Source: an uncultured cyanobacterium (GTDB lineage: Bacteria; Cyanobacteriota; Cyanobacteriia; Leptolyngbyales; Leptolyngbyaceae). From it: a stretch of DNA of 64,000 nucleotides. The stretch is from positions 64,001-128,000 of the forward strand of contig CAVYAN010000061.1 of the NCBI GenBank assembly GCA_963766075.1, in the 5' to 3' direction. Below, piece by piece: positions 49,274-60,640 of this stretch (the stretch's first letter is position 1; every line of letters begins with the position of its first letter). A program made the translations under genes and the position numbers. The notes beneath the pieces were generated by a model, which was given only the letters and a program-made list of their open reading frames with translations, was not told the DNA's origin and did no database searches.

Positions 49274-49711
49274 CTACAGCAACCCTTCCAGCCTGCGTCT
49301 CATGGCTTCGAGTTCGCGCTGGGACATGCTATTTTCGTCGTCGTCGCCTGGACTGGGCACTTCGTCGGCCAAGGCAGCATTGGACTTTTCACGTTCATCC
49401 CAGTCGGTTTCCTGGAGATTGGCTTCCGGCGGTGCGAGCAGTAGGCGTTCTTCCTCCGACTGGGGAACAAAGCCAGCGGGGACTAATTTACTGTCATAGC
49501 CGGGGCTCTGCCGACAAAAATCTTCGATTTCCTCGCGCGAGATGGATTCGACATTGGGGGCTGGAAAATCCTGGGCTTCTAGGAGTAAGGCATAGCGGGT
49601 CGCATCGTCTTCGTCCTCAAACATGAGAACCAGATTGCGATCGCCCATCCGAATGGTGTGAATCCCTTCGTTGTCGGTGCCCGCGTTGAACAGTAGAACA
49701 AATACCCGCAT
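49274..49711 (-). CDS. DUF3110 domain protein
   Basis: VFVLLFNAGTDNEGIHT, VLMFE.EDDATRYALLLEAQDF, RRRLEGLL end. Confidence 0.88.
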   Translation of the reverse strand: MRVFVLLFNAGTDNEGIHTIRMGDRNLVLMFEDEDDATRYALLLEAQDFPAPNVESISREEIEDFCRQSPGYDSKLVPAGFVPQSEEERLLLAPPEANLQETDWDEREKSNAALADEVPSPGDDDENSMSQRELEAMRRRLEGLL

Positions 49712-49982
49712 GGTTACAGATATCTCGATGTATTTGCTACTCAATCTTAGTGAAGTTCGGGCACGCTGATATGGAAAGATGTGGAAATTTCTCATCAATA
49801 CGTCTTCCCAGGCCGAGATGCCTTTGTGGCAACCGCCCTGGGACGGGATAATTTTGGCGCAACTGGGACCACAATCATCGGCGTCTGTCTCTAATATCCA
49901 CTCTGATGTCTAGCTATACTCTGATGCCATGGCTGATCAGCCATGGCATCAGCAATGGGGATTTTCTGGAGATTATTTGGGG

Positions 49983-50825
49983 TTACAGAGCACGAATGCG
50001 GGTTTTGTACGCGGTATTGTCTAAGCCATCGCCCTTCTTGGCGGTGGCGGGGTTGATAGCTTGGTTCAGCCGCGTGACGCGATCGCCCGTGGCTGGGTGC
50101 GTACTCAAGAAGGTCGGTACAGAGCTCTGGGTCATCAACTTGCTCATAAAGGCAGTCATGGCTCCTGGGGCATAGCCCGCTTTAGTGAGGGTTTTGAGAC
50201 CCAGTTGGTCTGCTTCAAATTCATCCTTGCGGCTATTGGGGCGATTGATAGCCAGTTCTACGCCAATGGCCACGGCGGTGCTGTTGCTAAGTCCGGCAGC
50301 GCCAGCAAGGCCCCGTTGAATCGCCGCTTCTTTCATTTGCTTGAGGGCATGGCGGGCCGTGATATGCCCAATTTCGTGTCCCATCACGCTGGCTAATTCG
50401 GCTTCGTTGTCTGCTAATTTAAGTAAGCCGACATGGACATAAACGAAACCACCCATGGTGGCAAAGGCGTTCACGCTTTTGTCATCGACAATTTGAAAGG
50501 TGTAGGGCAAGTTGGGACGGGCACTATTGGCAGCAAGGCGTTGGCCAATTTGGTTGACGTAGCGGTTAAGGTCTGGATCTTTGACTACGCGGAATTGACT
50601 GCTGGTCAACTGATCGTTTATTTGTTGGCCCAGTTGGACTTCGCGGCGATCGGAAAGGTTGGAAAGCTGAATCAACTGCACACCGTTGAGGATCAAATCG
50701 CCCCAGGAAATGGCCCGTGCGGCGATCGGTTGGCCCACCCACAGGCCCATGGCCACAACTAGAGACAGTAAGGGGTAGATCCAGCGGCGAGAGGGACGGG
50801 TAAACCAGAAGGGAATCTGTGCCAT
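49983..50825 (-). CDS. M48 family metallopeptidase (secreted)
   Basis: EVQLGQQI, VNAFATMGGFVYV..GLL, EAELASVMGHEIGH, SRKDE.EAD, FLSTHP...R. Confidence 0.92.
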   Translation of the reverse strand: MAQIPFWFTRPSRRWIYPLLSLVVAMGLWVGQPIAARAISWGDLILNGVQLIQLSNLSDRREVQLGQQINDQLTSSQFRVVKDPDLNRYVNQIGQRLAANSARPNLPYTFQIVDDKSVNAFATMGGFVYVHVGLLKLADNEAELASVMGHEIGHITARHALKQMKEAAIQRGLAGAAGLSNSTAVAIGVELAINRPNSRKDEFEADQLGLKTLTKAGYAPGAMTAFMSKLMTQSSVPTFLSTHPATGDRVTRLNQAINPATAKKGDGLDNTAYKTRIRAL

Positions 50826-51036
50826 GGGAAGTGCCTGATGATAGACGGTAAAGCAATGGGCCGTGTGAATCAAACGACCGCAGTTTTGCTTCTATTGTTC
50901 CAATGGTAAGGTGCTAAGCGCGATCCGAGAATGGGAGTTTTGGTCCTGGGCGTTTACAGGGGCTGCTTCTCGGGCATGGGCGAGAGTGTAGGAGTTTGTT
51001 ATGCGGTAGTACTTTACGCAGTAGTACTATAGAAAC

Positions 51037-51504
51037 ATGGCAGAAAAAAGTGAAGGCATCAAAATTGTTAGCGACAACCGACAGGCTCGCTACCTCTACG
51101 AGATCCTAGAAACGTTTGAGACCGGGATCTCCCTGGTAGGGACAGAGGTGAAGTCCATTCGCGCGGGTAAGGTGAACCTGCGGGATGGGTTTGGTCTGAT
51201 TCGGGATGGGGAAGTGTGGCTGCTGAATGTGCAAATTTCCGTGTATGACTCGTCGAGCCAGACGTTTAATCATGACCCACGACGGACCCGGAAGCTGTTG
51301 ATGAACCGGGACGAGATTCGCAAGTTGACGGGTAAAACCCAGGAGCAAGGGCTGACCCTGGTGCCGCTGAAAATGTACTTCAAGCGGGGCTGGGTAAAGG
51401 TGGACATGGCCCTAGTGCGGGGTAAAAAGCTGCACGACAAGCGCGAGGATATTCGCAAGCGGGAAGATCAACGCAACATGCAGCGGGCGTTGAAAAACCG
51501 TTAG
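51037..51504 (+). CDS. smpB: SsrA-binding protein
   Basis: NRQARYLY.I.ETFETGI.L.GTEVKSIRAG, NHDPRRTRKLL, LVPLKMY, GKKLHDKRE. Confidence 0.98.
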   Translation: MAEKSEGIKIVSDNRQARYLYEILETFETGISLVGTEVKSIRAGKVNLRDGFGLIRDGEVWLLNVQISVYDSSSQTFNHDPRRTRKLLMNRDEIRKLTGKTQEQGLTLVPLKMYFKRGWVKVDMALVRGKKLHDKREDIRKREDQRNMQRALKNR

Positions 51505-51570
51505 ATCGGTCAGTGGCATGCCCCTGCCCAATTCAGGAGACCTAACCCCCTCTTGCTTGAATGCCCCTCC

Positions 51571-51607
51571 GGCTATACCCCTTCTCTGCCAGGGAAGGGG
51601 TATAGCC
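51571..51607. terminator. Bidirectional terminator-like hairpin
   Basis: GGCTATACCCCTTC/GAAGGGGTATAGCC perfect 14-bp stem between convergent genes. Confidence 0.7.
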
Positions 51608-51618
51608 AGGGCCTAACA

Positions 51619-52563
51619 CTAGCGGGCAGGACACTGACTTAGGTTGCTTAGCCCCGGCTTATTGATATCAGAGTTATACATCCAAACTTCCGCCGGATCG
51701 GTGGCAGTGGAGATGATGAACTGACCGGGGGTATTGCTGAGGGTGCGGGTCTGTTTTAGATCAATTTGCACCCAGGTCAAGGTCCCGTCGTTGAAAGCCT
51801 TGGCAGTTTTGCCGTCGGCGGTGACCACATACACGTATGCGCCTTCGCTGACGGTGCCGACGAAGTTGGCCAAGGCATTGTCCGGGGGAATCAGGGGACG
51901 GGACCGGAGATTGATGGCGACTCCGGAAGGTGCCGCTTTGGCAATGACGCGGCGGCAGACACTAGACGCTCGGGGTGGAGTGGGCTGGACGGGGGGTTCG
52001 GTGCCACAGGAGCCCAAGGCGTCAATGGGAACAAACCCAGCATACTGGCGGGGATCCTTGACTTCTACCAGTGGGCTGCGACGGCTATCCGGCGATCGCA
52101 TCAAAATGATGGGGGTGCCAGCAGGAATTGTACCGAGGGTTTCTGACCCCAAACTGTCGGAGCGAAATCGGGTGGTGTTGGTGCTGGTGATCCGACAGAG
52201 GTTGGCCTGTTGGGCGGCGAGGGGGGTGGTCTGGGGCAGCAGCATGGCGGGTAGCCCCCAGCTTACCGTGGCGATCGCAGGCACCATCACCATCCGCCCT
52301 ACGGTTTTAAACGCACATTGCCAAGTCACGAGTTGATGCATATGGAGCCGTCCTAAAGCAGGTATGGGTGAGGAGCGTTGGAGAGTGTTTCCCAATGGGG
52401 CAAGCCCACTCGCCATCCCCATAGGCCAATTTCCAGCCGAGTTTCCAGCGGAGGATAATCTCCATCGGATGGCTCTATAAAGGCAGAGGGGAAAGGCAGC
52501 GAGGAAAGACATTGAGGACATTTCCCAAAGTGGATTTTCTATCTGGGAGTATTTATAGCGCAA
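51619..52563 (-). CDS. Hypothetical secreted protein with SH3b-like domains
   Basis: C....T.FRS......GTIP.GT.I.L...VEV....AGFV and C..V......INLRSRP...VGTV..G..V...WVQI resemble bacterial SH3 repeats; true start is probably further downstream. Confidence 0.55.
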   Translation of the reverse strand: MRYKYSQIENPLWEMSSMSFLAAFPLCLYRAIRWRLSSAGNSAGNWPMGMASGLAPLGNTLQRSSPIPALGRLHMHQLVTWQCAFKTVGRMVMVPAIATVSWGLPAMLLPQTTPLAAQQANLCRITSTNTTRFRSDSLGSETLGTIPAGTPIILMRSPDSRRSPLVEVKDPRQYAGFVPIDALGSCGTEPPVQPTPPRASSVCRRVIAKAAPSGVAINLRSRPLIPPDNALANFVGTVSEGAYVYVVTADGKTAKAFNDGTLTWVQIDLKQTRTLSNTPGQFIISTATDPAEVWMYNSDINKPGLSNLSQCPAR

Positions 52564-52686
52564 AGCGGCCCAAAAAATTTCCCTTTCTCCCGTTTTGTTT
52601 TTGATTTTGTGTTTCTCCTGGATTTTGCGTTTTCCGGGAGGGTCGCGGTGAATTCAAGCCTGTACTTTAACAACATCCCTGAACCT

Positions 52687-53103
52687 ATGCGTCACGCTTA
52701 CGCCTATCGGTTGGCATTGTGCCTGAGCCTGATTTTAGTCATCCCCGCCGGATACATGCTCCGATTTTCCACCGCCATTTCAGAGGGACTAGCCGATGTA
52801 TTGGGCAGTCTTGCCTATGAAATTGCTTGGGTGTTGCTGGTGGTGGGGCTATGGCCCCAGGTTTCCCTCCGGGGAGCGGCGATCGGAGTTTGCTGTGCGA
52901 CCTGTGGCATCGAATTTTTACAGCTTTGGCATCCCCCTTTCCTGGAAACCCTGCGCCAAACGCTGCCGGGACGACTTGTATTGGGCAATTCCTTTCGATG
53001 GGCCGATTTTCCGCCCTATTTTATCGGCAGTGGGTTGGGTTGGGCCTGGGCCAGTGGGGTGCGTGGCTGGCTGCGCCGCCATGATGCCCACTTCCCTGGG
53101 TAA
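52687..53103 (+). CDS. DUF2809 family membrane protein
   Basis: D.LG...YE..W, C.IEFLQLWHPPFLE.LR.TLPGRLVLG.SF.W.DF..Y.IG. Confidence 0.85.
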   Translation: MRHAYAYRLALCLSLILVIPAGYMLRFSTAISEGLADVLGSLAYEIAWVLLVVGLWPQVSLRGAAIGVCCATCGIEFLQLWHPPFLETLRQTLPGRLVLGNSFRWADFPPYFIGSGLGWAWASGVRGWLRRHDAHFPG

Positions 53104-54584
53104 TGCTCACGCCAATGGGGGCGATCGCCGGTCTATACTGCCTTTATCCCCACGCCTCCCCTTCCTTGACTGTGCTTATGTTGCCGTTGCTCTCCAGCTT
53201 GTCTGTGGCCAGCTTGCCCGTGGCCAACTTGCCCGTGGCCCCTTTACCCATAGCGCAAACCCCACCACCCACACCCCAGGAATTCACCGTGCCGCAACCT
53301 ATGCGCGTGCTTCCTGGCCACCTGGATGCAGTGCCGGTGTTTAACAGCAATAGCCCCGAGTTGGTGCAAACCGCCGGAATTTTGCTATCCACCTTCCCCC
53401 CAACGGGAAAAAAATTCCCCGCTGCCCATCTCAACGTACCGCTTTCGGGCCGCTTTAATATTTTTGCCCACCACATTGCCAAAGGCCAAGGCCCCGACGA
53501 TCGCCGCACGCTTTACCTCGGTATTTTGCTGCACAATCCCACAGCGCAATCGGTGCGAGTGGATATTCTGCAAGCGGCCAGCTACCTCAGCCAGCCCGAT
53601 GCCCCCTTTGTTGATTTACCCCCCGTAGTGGAAGACCCTAGCGGCAAGGTGTACTCGGGTCCCGGCAGTCGGGCGATGGATGATGTTTTGCGGGGCAAGC
53701 GGCAGGCAGACTTTCCTGCCTATGTGATGATTCCACCGGGGCAAAGTCGGATGCTGATGAATTTACCGATTCCTGTCAAAACCTTGACGCCGCCACTGAA
53801 TGGTCGGTCTTCTTTGATTCGTCTGGCCAGTAGCGATCGCCTGTATGTGGCCAGTCTGGCGCTATTTGCACAGCAGAATGCCGATGGTAGCGATCGCCCG
53901 CCGACCTTGGATGAATGGCAGGATTTGCTCGAACGCAGCGATGTGGCGGGTCCCCGAGATCGACCTCCTACGCCCCTGGATTTGCCGGGGGGCACGTTTG
54001 CCTATGGGCGCGTGGCGGGGGTTTCCCTAGGGTCTCGCTGGCAAACGCAACTGGTAGACGATCCCACGGCGGATATCGGGCGCTGGTATCTCAGCATTCC
54101 CAGCGCTGGACAAGCCTTTTCCTACGGTCTGAGTACGTTGGTGCGGGGGACTTTGGGCACTGGACAAGTCCAAACGGCTGCGATGGTGGCTCGTTACCCG
54201 GATACGGCCTATCAAGCCCACGGCAATTACACGACGGAATATAGTTTGACGTTGCCCCTGCGCAATTTGACCGGACAGGCCCAGTCTGTGGCGATCGCCC
54301 TGGAAACGCCGATCAAATTCGACGCGCCAGCGCCCAAAGGGCTGCGATTTTTCCAGCCGCTGCCCCGCAATGTGTTTTTCCGGGGCAGTGTCCGACTGCG
54401 CTACACCGATGACCAGGGTTTGCCGCAAACTCGCTATGTTCATCTTGTGCAGCGGCGCGGCCAGCAGGGTCCGACTTTAATCCGACTGATGATGCCCCCG
54501 GAGGCTCACCGTCTCGTCCAATTTGATTTTCTTTATCCGCCGGATGCGACCCCGCCGCAAATTTTGACGGTGAGAACGGAATGA
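53103..54584 (+). CDS. DUF3370 family protein
   Basis: LPG.LD.VPVFNSNSPE, GILLSTFP, F.HH, SYLSQPDAPF, GPGSR, YGRVAGVS, AY.AHGNY, FRG.V, YPPDATPPQILTV; start may be ATG 53178. Confidence 0.88.
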   Translation: MLTPMGAIAGLYCLYPHASPSLTVLMLPLLSSLSVASLPVANLPVAPLPIAQTPPPTPQEFTVPQPMRVLPGHLDAVPVFNSNSPELVQTAGILLSTFPPTGKKFPAAHLNVPLSGRFNIFAHHIAKGQGPDDRRTLYLGILLHNPTAQSVRVDILQAASYLSQPDAPFVDLPPVVEDPSGKVYSGPGSRAMDDVLRGKRQADFPAYVMIPPGQSRMLMNLPIPVKTLTPPLNGRSSLIRLASSDRLYVASLALFAQQNADGSDRPPTLDEWQDLLERSDVAGPRDRPPTPLDLPGGTFAYGRVAGVSLGSRWQTQLVDDPTADIGRWYLSIPSAGQAFSYGLSTLVRGTLGTGQVQTAAMVARYPDTAYQAHGNYTTEYSLTLPLRNLTGQAQSVAIALETPIKFDAPAPKGLRFFQPLPRNVFFRGSVRLRYTDDQGLPQTRYVHLVQRRGQQGPTLIRLMMPPEAHRLVQFDFLYPPDATPPQILTVRTE

Positions 54585-54635
54585 TGCTGGGAGCGAGATG
54601 AGTTCGCTTTGCGAGACTAGCCCGCCAATTCACTA

Positions 54636-54900
54636 GTATGTCAGCGCGGAAGTTCGGGTACCATTCGGGTACCATTTAAGGCATAGAGAGCACTGGAGGA
54701 AAGCCCCGTGCCACGACTCGCCCCAAAACCGCTAACGTTAGAGCCCGAGGAACGAGAACAACTGCAGCAGCTGATTCATCGTCATAGTACCCCGCAACAA
54801 ATTGCGCTGAGAGCCCAGATTATTATTCTGGCGGATGCCGGAGAAACGCATCGAGAGATTGCGCGGCAGTTAAATATTAGTCGTCAGATGGCTCGGCTTC
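54636..54900 (+). mobile_element. IS630-family insertion sequence remnant (left end plus HTH-coding 5' part of the transposase)
   Basis: TA|GTATGTCAGCGCGGAAGTT candidate left end; ORF 54708 MPRLAPKPL.L...EREQLQQLI.RH.TPQQIALRAQIIILADAG..HREIARQLNISRQMARL, then an abrupt truncation with no DDE domain. Confidence 0.75.
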
Positions 54901-54928
54901 TCCTGCCTTTGCTTATTCTTGAAGAGGT

Positions 54929-55609
54929 CTAGTAGTGCTTTTGGCGCTGGCGCGGGGGAATGGGCAAGCCTTGAGTCGTATGGAAGTCTTCTTGCACCTT
55001 GCGGGTGAGGCGATTTGAGACTTGGCGCACAATATTGCGCAGCAGGCGATCGCCAGTAGTTTGAATCAACGCCTTGGGGAGCGCATGGATAAACCGGGGA
55101 AACTGGATGGTCACCGCCAAATCCAACTGCCATTGCACATGGGTCAGGGGAGTGGCGGCCGCCTCTAAGGCCCCATGCTCTACCAACTCCATCGCCGCGT
55201 TAAAGTCCACATCATAGCCAATAGACTCATAGCCTGGGACGGGAACAGTTTCAATGCAATAAATCCCCCGATCCTGGGGTAACAGATTTAAGCCGATCTT
55301 TGGTTCAATTTCATACCCGAAGGAGCCGAATTTACCAATCACCAAAGCATAGCTATTCTTGCCAATCTCCTCAACCCTCATGGGATGGGCACAGCGCCGA
55401 AACCATTGGTGGTGAGTATCGAGATAGCGGGCCACGGTTGCCGCATCCGCCGCCATTTCCATGTGATCAACAAAATGACTGCGAAATTGGGTCAGTTCCG
55501 GCACGGCATCCTCTTTCCCCGCCTCATTAGCGTCGGAAAAGCCAGATACGGCTTGGATAAAACTCTCGGACGTTTCCATGGACTCGAAGTGGTTAACCTG
55601 TGACTGCAT
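54929..55609 (-). CDS. DUF1997 family protein
   Basis: YLD.H..WF.RCAHPM, GKFGSFGYEIEPKIGL.LLP, V.WQLDL.V.I.FPRFI, TGDRLL..IVRQVS.RLT.KVQEDF. Confidence 0.88.
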   Translation of the reverse strand: MQSQVNHFESMETSESFIQAVSGFSDANEAGKEDAVPELTQFRSHFVDHMEMAADAATVARYLDTHHQWFRRCAHPMRVEEIGKNSYALVIGKFGSFGYEIEPKIGLNLLPQDRGIYCIETVPVPGYESIGYDVDFNAAMELVEHGALEAAATPLTHVQWQLDLAVTIQFPRFIHALPKALIQTTGDRLLRNIVRQVSNRLTRKVQEDFHTTQGLPIPPRQRQKHY

Positions 55610-55912
55610 GGGAATTAGGTGGCGTAAATGGCGCTAGAACTATTCTTAAGATGCCCTGCTTTGCATCCAGAGTGTACGGGAGTTACACGGAACCTGTAAC
55701 AATTAAGTCGTGGCGCTCTCCGCATAATCTCGACTTTTAAGACATGCTAGCGACACTTCCTCTATTTTCTGAATCGTGCGGATAGCATTTTATACACATA
55801 GAACCGGGTGAATCGGTTGGCTTAACGGGTCTGTAATATTTAGCAACATTCTATTACTATAGTGCGAGAGTCTTAATCTAGCTACACCTTAAAAGCGGAA
55901 AGGATGGTCGGG

Positions 55913-56572
55913 ATGAAAGCATTGGTTGCGGGGGCTACGGGGCAAACAGGACGGCGAATTGTGCAGGAGTTGTTACAGCGGGGCATTCCAGTGCGGGCCT
56001 TGGTGCGAGATTTGGCGGCGGCCCAGCAGATTTTGCCTGCGGCGGCAGAACTGGTCCTAGGGGATGTGCTGGATCCCGCCAGCGTGGAGCGGGCGATCGC
56101 CGACTGCACCGTACTGCTTTCTGCTACGGGAGCCACGCCCAGCTTTGATCCCACGGGTCCCTATCGCATCGATTACGAAGGCACGAAAAATTTAGTCGAT
56201 GGGGCAAAAGCGCGGGGAATTGAGCAGTTTGTCATGGTGTCATCCCTGTGTGTGTCCCAATTCCTTCACCCCCTCAACCTGTTTTTCCTGATTCTGGTCT
56301 GGAAAAAGCAAGCAGAGGAATATCTGCAAAAGAGCGGCGTGCCCTACACCATCGTGCGTCCAGGGGGGCTAAAAAATGAAGACAACGCCGATGCGATTGT
56401 TATGGCGGCGGCGGATACGTTGTTTGAGGGCAGCATTCCCCGCACCAAGGTGGCGCAGGTGTCTGTAGAAGCGCTGTTTTCGGAGTCTGCTCGCAACCGG
56501 GTTGTCGAGATTATTGCCAAGCCCGATGCCCCGGCCAAGGGCTTTGAAGCGCTGTTCCAGAGTGTGGCATAG
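55913..56572 (+). CDS. Atypical SDR NAD(P)H-binding oxidoreductase
   Basis: MKALVAGATGQTG, VRALVRD, IDYEGTKNLVD, VSSLC, KK.AEEYL..SG.PYTIVRPGGL. Confidence 0.9.
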   Translation: MKALVAGATGQTGRRIVQELLQRGIPVRALVRDLAAAQQILPAAAELVLGDVLDPASVERAIADCTVLLSATGATPSFDPTGPYRIDYEGTKNLVDGAKARGIEQFVMVSSLCVSQFLHPLNLFFLILVWKKQAEEYLQKSGVPYTIVRPGGLKNEDNADAIVMAAADTLFEGSIPRTKVAQVSVEALFSESARNRVVEIIAKPDAPAKGFEALFQSVA

Positions 56573-56637
56573 GACACGGAAGACCGCTATCAGAGGGAAA
56601 ACGACTACTAGGGTTTACCAGGGGTTGCCAATCCTGT

Positions 56638-59600
56638 TTACCAGGGGTTGCCAATCATTGTAAATGCAGCCCAGTAATAGGGATGCGCGAGTTCGTTATT
56701 GTACCAATGGGCAAAGGCCGGGGGTAACGCCAAGGGTTTTGCCAGGGCAGGAGCCGATAGGAAGCCGTTGGCGATCGCCACTTTGCCGTGAATCATGGCC
56801 AATTGCGCCTGCCGTAGCGCTTCAACTTTCAGCTTTACGGCGGGCTGCCGCAATTGATCGTAAAATTCTGTCATCAACGCTAGGGTGCCTTCATCACTCA
56901 CGTACCACAGGCTGGCCAGAGCAGACTTGACACCTGCTTGGGCAGCCAATCCAGCAAATCCCAGTTCCGCTTGATCATCCCCAAGGGCCGTGCGACAGGC
57001 ACTCAGCACCAACAATTCCACCGGGGGGGTGCTCAGGCCCAGTTGGCGGATCTGGTTCAGCATCAACGGCTGATCCCAAAACTGAATGTAGGATTCCTGG
57101 GGAGCACCGGGCTTAAATTCGCCATGGGTGGCGAGGTGCAAAATGCCATAGGGGGTCTGGCTGCGGGTGGCTTGAAGATTTTTAATTGTGAAGTCTGCGT
57201 CGAGCAACGATTGCCCATGGGGAAAGTGCTGCGCAATCACCGCCAGTTCGATGGGCACAGCGGGGAGGGGGGCTTGGGCTTTGAAGTGAGACGCGCCCAT
57301 GGCCAGCAAGCGCGTGGTTTTGATATCCACATAGTGGGTATTCACCAAGCTGAGGCTGGGAGCCATACCCAGGCTATATTTTTCTACTAGGAATTGGTGA
57401 CCATCGTGGAGGGCGGCCAAGGGGAGCGATCGCAATCCGCCATCCATTAAAAACAGCAGATGATCGATGTGCCGGGTTTCTAGGGACTCTGCTAAGGGAG
57501 CAATCAGCCATTGGTAGAGCTGCTGGGCGGGTTCTAGATAGTCTTGACTGGTGCGATCGGTCACCCCCGACCGAAAGGCTGCCGCCACCTGCATCACTTG
57601 GGCGCGGGGGGCCGTGTAGATCACCCGTCGAATCGGTTCGCCCTGGGCCGTGACCAGGAGCAATTCCAGGGGATCGGTGTCTTGCTTGACCTTAGCCCCC
57701 CGACCCTCAGGTAAAAAGCTGACGTAGACAAAGGCGGGCTTGCGGCCCGTTTCAGCGGCAATGGTGGCCGCCAGATTGCGCATGTCCGGATACGTGAGCG
57801 CTAGGGATTCCGTCTCTAGGCCCAGATAGTCACCAAACTCCTGGGCAAATTCGGCATCCTGATTTTCGGTTCCCAGATCAATATCCAGGGGGTGATCGAG
57901 ATCTGCGGAGAAAATCAGGGATAGGTCATCCGGTGGATCAAGCTCGGGGAGATCTTCCAAGAGGGGGTCTATCGGTAGAGAGGGCATGCCGTCAGCTACA
58001 GGACCCTCTGATAAATTGTCTAGGGTGGGCCGCAGCGATTCTGGTGATGTTTCTAACCGAATATTGGCTTGGGTGTACTGGTAGGGATAAACGCTGCCGC
58101 TGGCCAGGACATTATTCGTGCCCGTGGTGATTACGCCTTGGGTGCCATTTAGGGGAGGCACGCCAACCCGGAATGGTTCACCCAGGGCCCCGCCATTGTG
58201 TCGAATCGTGATATTGCCGCCCCCCAAGCCGCCGGCGGTGGAAATACTGGCATCAAAGCCGTTGCGATCGCGAAAGGAGGCCGTTGCCTGAAAATAGCGT
58301 CCTGCCGTGATATCGACCGTACCCCCGTAGCCCCGACTGCCCCCCTGGGCATCAATCCAGGCCACGGTGACATCATTGATGGGGTCAAGGGTGATGTGGC
58401 CCGCATCACCAATGGTGGCACTGCTGTTGAGCGTGCCCGTCTCAATCCGGGTGCGGGCGTTGATTAGGATGTCGCCGCCGCCCATGGATCCAGAGGTGTC
58501 TAAATGACCCGTGGTGATGGTGCCCGTAGTACTCGTCAGGGTAATGGGTCCGCCTGTGGTGCCGCTGGCGGTACTGAGGTCTCCGGTGGTGAGATCGGTG
58601 AGGGCGGTGAGGGCGATCGCGCCGCTTGGGCCTCTCGTGCTGCGGGGATCCAGGGTGGCCTGGGCCACATCCAGGGAGGTCGCGCTATTGAATGCGATGT
58701 TGCCACCCTGGGTGCGAATTTGCGCTGTTCCTAGACTTTGGATTTGACTCGCATTTACCCTGACATCGCCGCCCTGGGTGGTGATCGCCTGGGACAAGGT
58801 GATGGGTGCGGCGGAAGTAATCGAGACGGACTGAAACGGTTGACGCGATCCCACGTCTCCAAGGATTAAATTCCCTAGGCCGAGTTGAAACTGCAATGCC
58901 GTATTGCCTTCCCCAGCGTCTAGGGGCTGGTCGAACCGAATGGTGCCCAGGCTGGTTTGAAAGGTGATATTGGCACTGGAGAACTGGACTGGGCCGGTGT
59001 AGGTTTGATCCCTCAGGGTGGCCACATTGCCGCCTAGCACGGTGGTCCCTTGCACGGCCAAGTCTTGCAAGCCCTGGACAGACTGGTTAAAGACTGTGTA
59101 TCCCGCCTGTACGGTCAGAAGAGGGGGACAGACCACTCCCCTGTACCGGACCGTTCAGGATGATGCCACCATTTTCCGTGGTCAAGTTAATATTGGCGGG
59201 CAGTGGCCCATTTTTACCGACAGCATTTTTACTGACCTCGATCGCTCCCGTATAGGTTTGACTGGTCTGAACGTGAATATTATCTTGAATTTGGATGGTG
59301 TTGGCTGCTGCCGTTAGATGGGTGAGGGGTTGGAGTGCGCCCACCGGACCGGCAAACTGGATGCTGTTCTGCGCGGCGATCGCCAAATCCTGAAAGCCTT
59401 GAAAGGCACTATTCACCGGACCTAGGAATTGAATCGAGCCAGAGGTGCTGGTTAGGGTCGTGACTTCCCCCGTGGCCAGCACCGCATCACCGTAGATTTG
59501 GTTATTCGTGGTGGTGATAGTGCCGCCCAATTCAGTATTGCCGAGGGGATCAGTCTGAATACTCGTGGCATCCAGCGCGGTCAGCACCGTAGAGCCTGGA

Positions 59601-60640
59601 GTGTTGACCGTCACATGGCCCGCCTGAATTTGGTTGAGATAGACACTGCCGCTCGTTTGAATGGCAATATCCCCGGCGGTAGCAATCCCCTGGGCGATCA
59701 CGTTGCCCGTGGCGACTAGGGTGGTGGCTGCTGCTGCAAATTGTTGGGTGGCCAGATCGCCAGGGCCAACCGTCAGGCCCGATCCCACCAATTGGACGTT
59801 GCCAAAAGTATCGACGATCGCCCCCGCGGCATTGGTAATTGTGGCCCCCCCGCCCGTGAGTAATTCGGCTAGGGTTTTGGGAATTGTACTGGGCGGATTT
59901 GTGGGATTGAGGCTGAGGGGTTGAATCTCCAAGCTCAGCAGACTGCCCACGGGGGTAAGGCGGACTAGGGTAGAACCCGATGTAGAGCCAGAGACGGTGG
60001 CGATCGCCACGCCACCATTGGGGGCGAGTAGCGGCCCAGTGGTTAGCACGGTGCCCCCCACCAACGTAATCGTCCCATTGGGAACCAGCAAACTGGCCGT
60101 ATTTACGATGCTGCCCACGGGACCGGGGGCAAAGGCAAAGGCATTGGGTGGGCCTTGGAGAGTGGCGTAATTTTGGTTGCCGACGGCACTAAACCAGTTG
60201 GTCCCGATGCCAATGCCATTCGCTGTTGTGGCTGTAAAAGAACCCCCTACGTTGAGGCTGGCGGTGGGACCGAGGAGAATGCCACTGGGATTAATCAGGT
60301 ACAAGTTGGCAGGACCGCCCGTCACTTGGAGGGTACCATCAATCCGGGAGACATCGCCCCCGACCACCCGGACCAAAATATTTTGCAGGGTCGGATTACT
60401 AATGAAATTCGCCACTTGATTGGGAGAAAGCCCAAATTGCTGAAAGCTATGAAAGAGGTTGCTGCCATCGCTGGAAAGGGCACCCCCTAAAACATCAACG
60501 CCATTGGTCGTGGTGCGGATAACAGTGTTGGTGCTATTCAATTCAGGGCTGATCTGGGCGGTGGCGGGCTGACTGTGCAGGGCGATCGCCACGCTCAAAA
60601 TACTTCCTCCCCAGGTGCCCCTTCTCCGAATTGATTTCAT
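56638..60640 (-). CDS. Filamentous-haemagglutinin (TPS) N-domain + beta-helix + CHAT caspase-like protease, split by one frameshift at about 59125
   Basis: Signal peptide; NLFHSFQQFGL..NILVRV.GG..S.IDG..ANLYLINPSGI TPS motif; G/T-rich repeats; CHAT motifs AQQLYQWLIAP, LRSLPLAALHDG, LHLATHGEF, LVLSACRTA, HPYYWAAF..IGNPW. Removing one G from the G5 run at 59123-59127 joins the two ORFs. Confidence 0.85.

Noticed and set aside
50880..51620. tmRNA or tRNA near smpB
   Set aside because: No tRNA-like ends or T-loop motif found in the flanking intergenic DNA.
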